Part shown: one piece after another, positions 34,971 to 40,230 of the stretch
Numbering within the stretch: position 1 is the first letter of the stretch
Layout: the number at the start of each line of letters is the position of its first letter
Sequence record: DRR378314_2561
DNA: 40,230 bases
Reading direction: 5' to 3' (one strand)
Notes under the pieces: generated by a model
Told to the model about the DNA's origin: nothing
What the model saw: the letters and a program-made list of their open reading frames with translations, nothing else
Databases searched by the model: none
Translations under genes and position numbers: made by a program

Positions 34971-36695
34971 ATGCTATTCAGAATCAACCAATCAAAAGCC
35001 ACATCAAAACATATCTTATTACTAACAAATTTTGTTTTTTGCCTAACCTTACTGATTGGATGTAAAACCGAGGTCAAAGAAGAACCTAAAAGACCCAATA
35101 TTGTATTCATAATGTCGGATGACCATGCATATCAAGCCATTTCTGCGTATGACAACAGTTTGATAGAAACCCCAAATATTGATAGAATTGCCGAAATGGG
35201 CATGTTGTTCACCAACGCAAGTGTCACCAACTCTATTTGCGCCCCTTCCAGAGCTACAATTCTAACCGGAAAACACTCCCATGTGAATGGTAAAGTGGAT
35301 AATGTTTCTCCCTTTGACACCACCAACGTCACCTTTCCACAACTATTGCAAAAATCTGGTTATCAAACCGCTATGTTCGGAAAATTGCACTTTGGCAACA
35401 ACCCAAAAGGATTTGACCAGTTTAAAATACTGCCCGGGCAGGGCTCCTATTACAACCCGGATTTTATAACCAAAAACGAAGGGGGAATTACGGTTAAAGG
35501 GTATGTAACGGACATTGTAACGGATATGACCCTCGATTGGCTCGATAATGAACGCCAAGAGGACAAGCCCTTTATGCTGATGTACCTCCACAAAGCACCG
35601 CACCGTTCTTGGTTTATGGCAGAGAGACACATGCAAGAATACACGCAAAAAACCTTTGAAGAACCAGCCACTTTATTCGATGATCACGATGGGATGCCCG
35701 CCGCCAAAGTTGCCCAAATGAAAATTGATGGCAATATGGGCTGGGCCAACGACAGCAAGCTGTATCCAGAAGTTATGGGTCAATTAGGTCTGGAGGAAGT
35801 CATTGGTTTTGACAAATTGAGGTTTGAAAATGCGATTGGGCGAATGGATTCCACCCAACGAGCCAATTTTGATGCAGCCTACGAAAAAGTAGCCGAAGAT
35901 TTTATAGCACAATACCCCAATATGTCGGATGAAGACATTGCCAAATGGCGCTACCAAAGGTATATGCAGGACTACCTTGGCACCATAAAGTCCGTTGACG
36001 AGAATGTTGGTCGGGTCTTGGACTATTTGGAAGCCAATGATATGATGGAAAACACCATTATTGTGTACACCTCGGACCAAGGATTTTATCTGGGAGAGCA
36101 TGGTTGGTTCGATAAAAGGTTTGTCTACGACGAAAGTTTAAAAACCCCGTTGCTAGTTTCTTGGCCAAACAAGATAAAATCTGGAAGCGTATCCGATGAG
36201 CTTGTTCAAAACTTGGATTTTGCGCAGACTTTTCTGGATGTCGCCGGTGCTCCTCAGCCCAGCGATATGCAAGGAAAAAGTTTAGTTCCCGTTCTGACGG
36301 GTGATTTGGACAATTGGGAAAGGGACGCTGTATATTATCATTATTACGAACATCCATCCGAACATAATGTGAACAGGCACTATGCCGCCATCACCAAAGA
36401 TTACAAGTTGATACACTACTATTTTGACCTTGATTATTGGGAATTGATAGACAGAAAAAAAGACCCATTGGAACAACACAATTATTATGACGACCCAGCC
36501 TATGCCGAAATCCAAAAAGACTTGCTCCAAAAGCTTGATGCACTGCGTGAACAATACGGTGATTCCACAGCACTAAGCCAACAGTACATTGATGAATTTA
36601 TGCCATTGGCAAAAGAAGGCAAAGTATATGGTGTTGAAGATGATATTTTGGAACCCATTATTGAAAAGTGGGAAAGTTCCAAGGAGAAAGACTAA
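34971..36695 (+). CDS. Formylglycine-dependent sulfatase (S1 family), lipoprotein
   Basis: RPNIVFIMSDDH, SICAPSRATILTGK (CxPxR), GKLH, YTSDQGF..HGWFDKR; lipobox LLIGC; start 34971 preferred. Confidence 0.92.
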   Translation: MLFRINQSKATSKHILLLTNFVFCLTLLIGCKTEVKEEPKRPNIVFIMSDDHAYQAISAYDNSLIETPNIDRIAEMGMLFTNASVTNSICAPSRATILTGKHSHVNGKVDNVSPFDTTNVTFPQLLQKSGYQTAMFGKLHFGNNPKGFDQFKILPGQGSYYNPDFITKNEGGITVKGYVTDIVTDMTLDWLDNERQEDKPFMLMYLHKAPHRSWFMAERHMQEYTQKTFEEPATLFDDHDGMPAAKVAQMKIDGNMGWANDSKLYPEVMGQLGLEEVIGFDKLRFENAIGRMDSTQRANFDAAYEKVAEDFIAQYPNMSDEDIAKWRYQRYMQDYLGTIKSVDENVGRVLDYLEANDMMENTIIVYTSDQGFYLGEHGWFDKRFVYDESLKTPLLVSWPNKIKSGSVSDELVQNLDFAQTFLDVAGAPQPSDMQGKSLVPVLTGDLDNWERDAVYYHYYEHPSEHNVNRHYAAITKDYKLIHYYFDLDYWELIDRKKDPLEQHNYYDDPAYAEIQKDLLQKLDALREQYGDSTALSQQYIDEFMPLAKEGKVYGVEDDILEPIIEKWESSKEKD

Positions 36696-36764
36696 TGCCA
36701 ATACAAACCGTTGGAAAATTAATTTTCATACCTTTTTAATCTTAACCTAATCAAACCTTAAAAA

Positions 36765-39700
36765 ATGTTGCGCATAAAATCGTTGAAGGGAATCATCCTT
36801 CTTGGACTACTTATCGTATGTTCCTGCCAAAAAGAATCATCAAAGCCAATTGAAACCCCTCTAACCATTCAATTGGACTCGGCCTACCTCAATCAAAAAG
36901 TGACGGAAGCCAATAATTTGGGAGCAGTTCAGTTGGCCGAAGGCCTTCAACTCAACCTTTGGGCTCCCGACACCCTTGCCCCCGACCCCATCGCTATGGA
37001 TATCGATGCACAAGGCCGTATCTTTTTTACACGAACCAACCGTCAAAAAAATTCAGAATTCGATATACGCGGCTATCGCGATTGGATGACCGCCTCCATA
37101 AGTTTTGAAACCGTAGAAGACCGAAAGACATTTTTGCACGAAACCTTTGCTCCCGAAAAGAGTGAAGAAAATGCATGGTTGGCAGACCTCAATAATGATG
37201 GCAGTCACGATTGGATGGATTTAGCCGTGGAAGAGGAAGAAGTCTGGCGTTTGGAAGACGCCGACAACGATGGGCTTGCCGAAAAAGCAACTAGGGTAGT
37301 ACACGATTTCCACACCGAAGTAACCGATGTAGCTAACGCTTTGGCCGTGGACGGTGAAAACTTGTTTGTTGGGGTTGCCCCGGATATGTGGCGTATGGAA
37401 GACACCAACGGCGACGAAGTATTTGACACCAAAACTTCTCTTGCCACTGGATTTGGCGTTCATATAGGGTTTGGAGGGCACGGAATGTCAGGTGCCGTTA
37501 TGGGACCCGATGGCAAACTCTATTGGGGAATAGGCGATATTGGTGCCAATATTACCGATAACGAAGGGAATCGCTACCCCTACCCTAACCAGGGAGTAAT
37601 TGTACGTAGCAATCCCGATGGGTCCGATTTTGAGGTTTTTGCCCATGGTCTTCGCAATACCCATGAGTTTGTTTTTGACAAGTATGGCAACATCATTTCC
37701 TCTGATAATGATGGAGACCACCAAGGTGAAAGTGAGCGTTTGGTTCATATTGTTGAAGGTTCCGATGCGGGATGGCGATCCAACTGGCAATACGGAAAAT
37801 ATACCGACCCAAAAAACAACGACTACAAGGTTTGGATGGACGAAAAACTGTACTTGCCCAGATGGGAAGGGCAAGCCGCCCATATCATCCCTCCTATCAC
37901 GAATTACCACAATGGCCCTACGGGAATGTTGTTTAATCCAGGAACTGCTTTGGGCTCGGACTGGGTGGATAAGTTCTTTCTGGTTGAATTTGTGGGCGAC
38001 CCTTCTCTGTCGCATATCTGGTCTTTCGATCTAAAACCCAACGGAGCCTCCTTCGAACTCAATTCCGAAGTGGATGTGCTCAGTGGCATTTTGCCTACCG
38101 CCATAAAATTCGGTCCGGATGGAGCGCTTTACCTTGCCGATTGGATCAACGGTTGGGATACAAAAAATTCAGGTCGTGTGTGGAAACTGGACGTAACCGA
38201 TTCAGAGAACGATTTGGCCGAGCAACGTGTGGAAACCCAAAAATGGATGACTACGGACTTTGAAGCTTTGGACAATGACGAACTCGTAGAATTATTGCAC
38301 TATCCCGATATGCGTATTAGGCAAAAAGCACAATTTGAATTGGCCAAAAGCACCTTTTGGGGCCATCGAAGGTTAAAGCAAGTAGCTCAAGAAGACGATA
38401 ACCAATTGGCCCGGATCCATGCCATTTGGGGTATTGGACAACAGGCCGGAAAAGATACCGATAAAGCAGACCTATTGGTGGAACTTTTAAATGATGATGA
38501 CCCAGAAATCGTGGCGCAAAGTTTAAAAGTTTTGGGAGATGTACGTCATTCCGAAGGAAGCGATAAAATGATTTCATTACTTAATTCTAAAAACCCTCGA
38601 GTGCAGTTTTTTGCTGCCCAAGCATTGGGAAGAATCAAAGCGGAAGATGCCGTACAACCCCTATTGGATATGTTGGCAGAAAACGCAGATGAAGATCTCT
38701 ATCTCCGTCATGCCGGTGTTTTGGCACTGACAAGAATCGGAAACTACGAACCTTTGGTCGACTTGGCACAAAGTGATAATCGTTCCCTAAAAATTGCAGC
38801 CGTTTTGGCTTTACGACGAATGAAACGTCCGGAAGTTGCCGTTTTTCTTAAGGATGCTGATGAATACATCGTTACCGAAGCTGCCCGAGCTATTAACGAT
38901 GACAAGGGAATCAAAGAAGCCCTTGGGGATTTGGCCGCACTTTTGGAAAGCCCAAAGTTCAATTCCGAACCACTTATGCGACGTGTTATCAATGCTGCGC
39001 TTCGATTGGGAGGTGAAGAACAACTGGACAATCTGATTGCCTATGCCAAAAATGAAAATGCCCCTTCGGCATTACGAGGTGAGGCATTGGCCGCACTCAG
39101 TACATGGTCTTCCCCGTCGGTTATGGACCGCGTTGACGGCTATTATTTAGGGGAAAAAGAAAGACCGTTAGAGCCCATTCAAAACAAAGTAACGGGAAGT
39201 ATGTCAGATTTTTTGGCTGATGACAATCCAGAGGTATTGGTCGGGGCCTTAAAACTATTGTCCGCCTTGCAACTACATGGGCATGAAGACCGATTGGTTC
39301 AATTGATGCGCACCCATCCTTCGCCGCAAGCAAGAGCCGAAGCTTTGACTGCCTTGGGCAATACGGGGTATGATAAGCTGGCGCAAGTTATGCGTATGGG
39401 CATGAGTGATGAAAATGCTCAGGTGAGACGAACTGCGGTGACCTTGATTGGCGAACTTTCACTGACCAAAGAGGAATTGCCAGGTATCGTAAACCCCATA
39501 TTCAGTAAAGGAGGTACTGGTGAACAACAAGCGCTTTTGGAAGTTTTGGCAGAAATGCCCGTTGAAAAAAGTGAAGTGGTCCTGGCTAATTTGTTGAAGC
39601 AGGCCGCTCGTGGTCGCATTGATGAAGCCGTAATGCTCGATTTGATGGAAGCCGTCGACAACAACAACTCCGAAATAGTTGAAAACGAACTCGCAGCTTT

Positions 39701-40172
39701 AAAAAAGCAAGGTTATGGCACCGATGCCTATGCAGAAACCTTATATGGAGGTAATTGGTGGGCCGGTCGAAATGTTTTTATAAGTAACCCAACGGCCCAA
39801 TGTGTTCGCTGTCATGCATTAAAGGGCTCCGGTGGCCAAGTAGGCCCTGCAATGGACGATATAGGCAACAGATTGACTCGCGAGCAAATTTTAGAATCTT
39901 TGATAGCGCCATCCAAACGAATCGCTCCGGGTTATGGAAGCGTGGTGTTGACCTTGACCAACGGACAGGAGGTTACAGGGCTATTGGAAGAAGAGAATGA
40001 TGAAGCATTGATTCTGCGTACTTCCGATGCCGAACCACTAGAGGTAGCGCACTCGCGCATTAAAACAAGGCGGAACTTGCCTTCGGGAATGCCCGCTATG
40101 GGTAAAATGATCAGCAAAAGGGAATTACGAGATTTGATAGAATATTTAAGCAATCTTAAAACAAAGGAATGA
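36765..40172 (+). CDS. Large lipoprotein: beta-propeller dehydrogenase-like + HEAT repeats + C-terminal c-type haem (PVC-type CxxCH protein)
   Basis: Lipobox IVCSC; GPDGKLYW, FAHGLRN, FGPDGALYLADW; HEAT repeats; CVRCH, GGQVGPAMD, SGMP. Confidence 0.85.
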   Translation: MLRIKSLKGIILLGLLIVCSCQKESSKPIETPLTIQLDSAYLNQKVTEANNLGAVQLAEGLQLNLWAPDTLAPDPIAMDIDAQGRIFFTRTNRQKNSEFDIRGYRDWMTASISFETVEDRKTFLHETFAPEKSEENAWLADLNNDGSHDWMDLAVEEEEVWRLEDADNDGLAEKATRVVHDFHTEVTDVANALAVDGENLFVGVAPDMWRMEDTNGDEVFDTKTSLATGFGVHIGFGGHGMSGAVMGPDGKLYWGIGDIGANITDNEGNRYPYPNQGVIVRSNPDGSDFEVFAHGLRNTHEFVFDKYGNIISSDNDGDHQGESERLVHIVEGSDAGWRSNWQYGKYTDPKNNDYKVWMDEKLYLPRWEGQAAHIIPPITNYHNGPTGMLFNPGTALGSDWVDKFFLVEFVGDPSLSHIWSFDLKPNGASFELNSEVDVLSGILPTAIKFGPDGALYLADWINGWDTKNSGRVWKLDVTDSENDLAEQRVETQKWMTTDFEALDNDELVELLHYPDMRIRQKAQFELAKSTFWGHRRLKQVAQEDDNQLARIHAIWGIGQQAGKDTDKADLLVELLNDDDPEIVAQSLKVLGDVRHSEGSDKMISLLNSKNPRVQFFAAQALGRIKAEDAVQPLLDMLAENADEDLYLRHAGVLALTRIGNYEPLVDLAQSDNRSLKIAAVLALRRMKRPEVAVFLKDADEYIVTEAARAINDDKGIKEALGDLAALLESPKFNSEPLMRRVINAALRLGGEEQLDNLIAYAKNENAPSALRGEALAALSTWSSPSVMDRVDGYYLGEKERPLEPIQNKVTGSMSDFLADDNPEVLVGALKLLSALQLHGHEDRLVQLMRTHPSPQARAEALTALGNTGYDKLAQVMRMGMSDENAQVRRTAVTLIGELSLTKEELPGIVNPIFSKGGTGEQQALLEVLAEMPVEKSEVVLANLLKQAARGRIDEAVMLDLMEAVDNNNSEIVENELAALKKQGYGTDAYAETLYGGNWWAGRNVFISNPTAQCVRCHALKGSGGQVGPAMDDIGNRLTREQILESLIAPSKRIAPGYGSVVLTLTNGQEVTGLLEEENDEALILRTSDAEPLEVAHSRIKTRRNLPSGMPAMGKMISKRELRDLIEYLSNLKTKE

Positions 40173-40203
40173 GTCGACCGCTTTCTCAAAAGTATTGGAT
40201 TGC

Positions 40204-40229
40204 GTCATTCTGAATTCATTTCAGAATCT
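40204..40229. repeat. REP-like palindrome
   Basis: GTC-ATTCTGAA-ttcat-TTCAGAAT-CT downstream of a gene, at the window edge. Confidence 0.45.
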
Positions 40230-40230
40230 C

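Noticed and set aside
1-40230. CRISPR array, tRNA/rRNA, IS element, integrase or prophage
   Set aside because: No regularly spaced repeats, RNA gene signatures or mobility ORFs seen; the holin-like protein sits in a YtxH stress operon, not a phage context

Overview
Bacteroidota (Flavobacteriaceae-like) chromosomal window, judged from AT-rich SD-less starts, TAnnTTTG -7 promoters and gene content. Positions ~396-34579 form a ~34-kb stress/dormancy island of ~38 genes: 3 universal stress proteins, Hsp20, a type II P-type ATPase, MacAB-like and MlaEFD transporters, a hydrolase/phosphoribosyltransferase pair, a methyltransferase, a degenerate archease, dodecin, PEP synthase, a baeRF/Balon-like protein, YtxH, flavodoxin/FMN proteins and FtsH. 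At its centre are a PAS-LOV-GAF histidine kinase and a receiver-Crp/Fnr hybrid regulator. Reading the intergenic DNA by hand gives 20 copies of a palindrome nTGAY-N4-RTCAT, each exactly 22 nt upstream of a Bacteroidota -7-like element (21 promoters). This suggests a self-contained, autoregulated regulon whose gene content parallels the mycobacterial DosR dormancy regulon but with a different sensor and regulator. One promoter drives a structured non-coding segment (candidate sRNA). Elements missed by the ORF track include a class II ribonucleotide reductase remnant and a 56-aa zinc-ribbon gene. Right of the island are a sulfatase and a large haem-c/HEAT lipoprotein with no box. All family calls come from motif recognition; no database searches were run.
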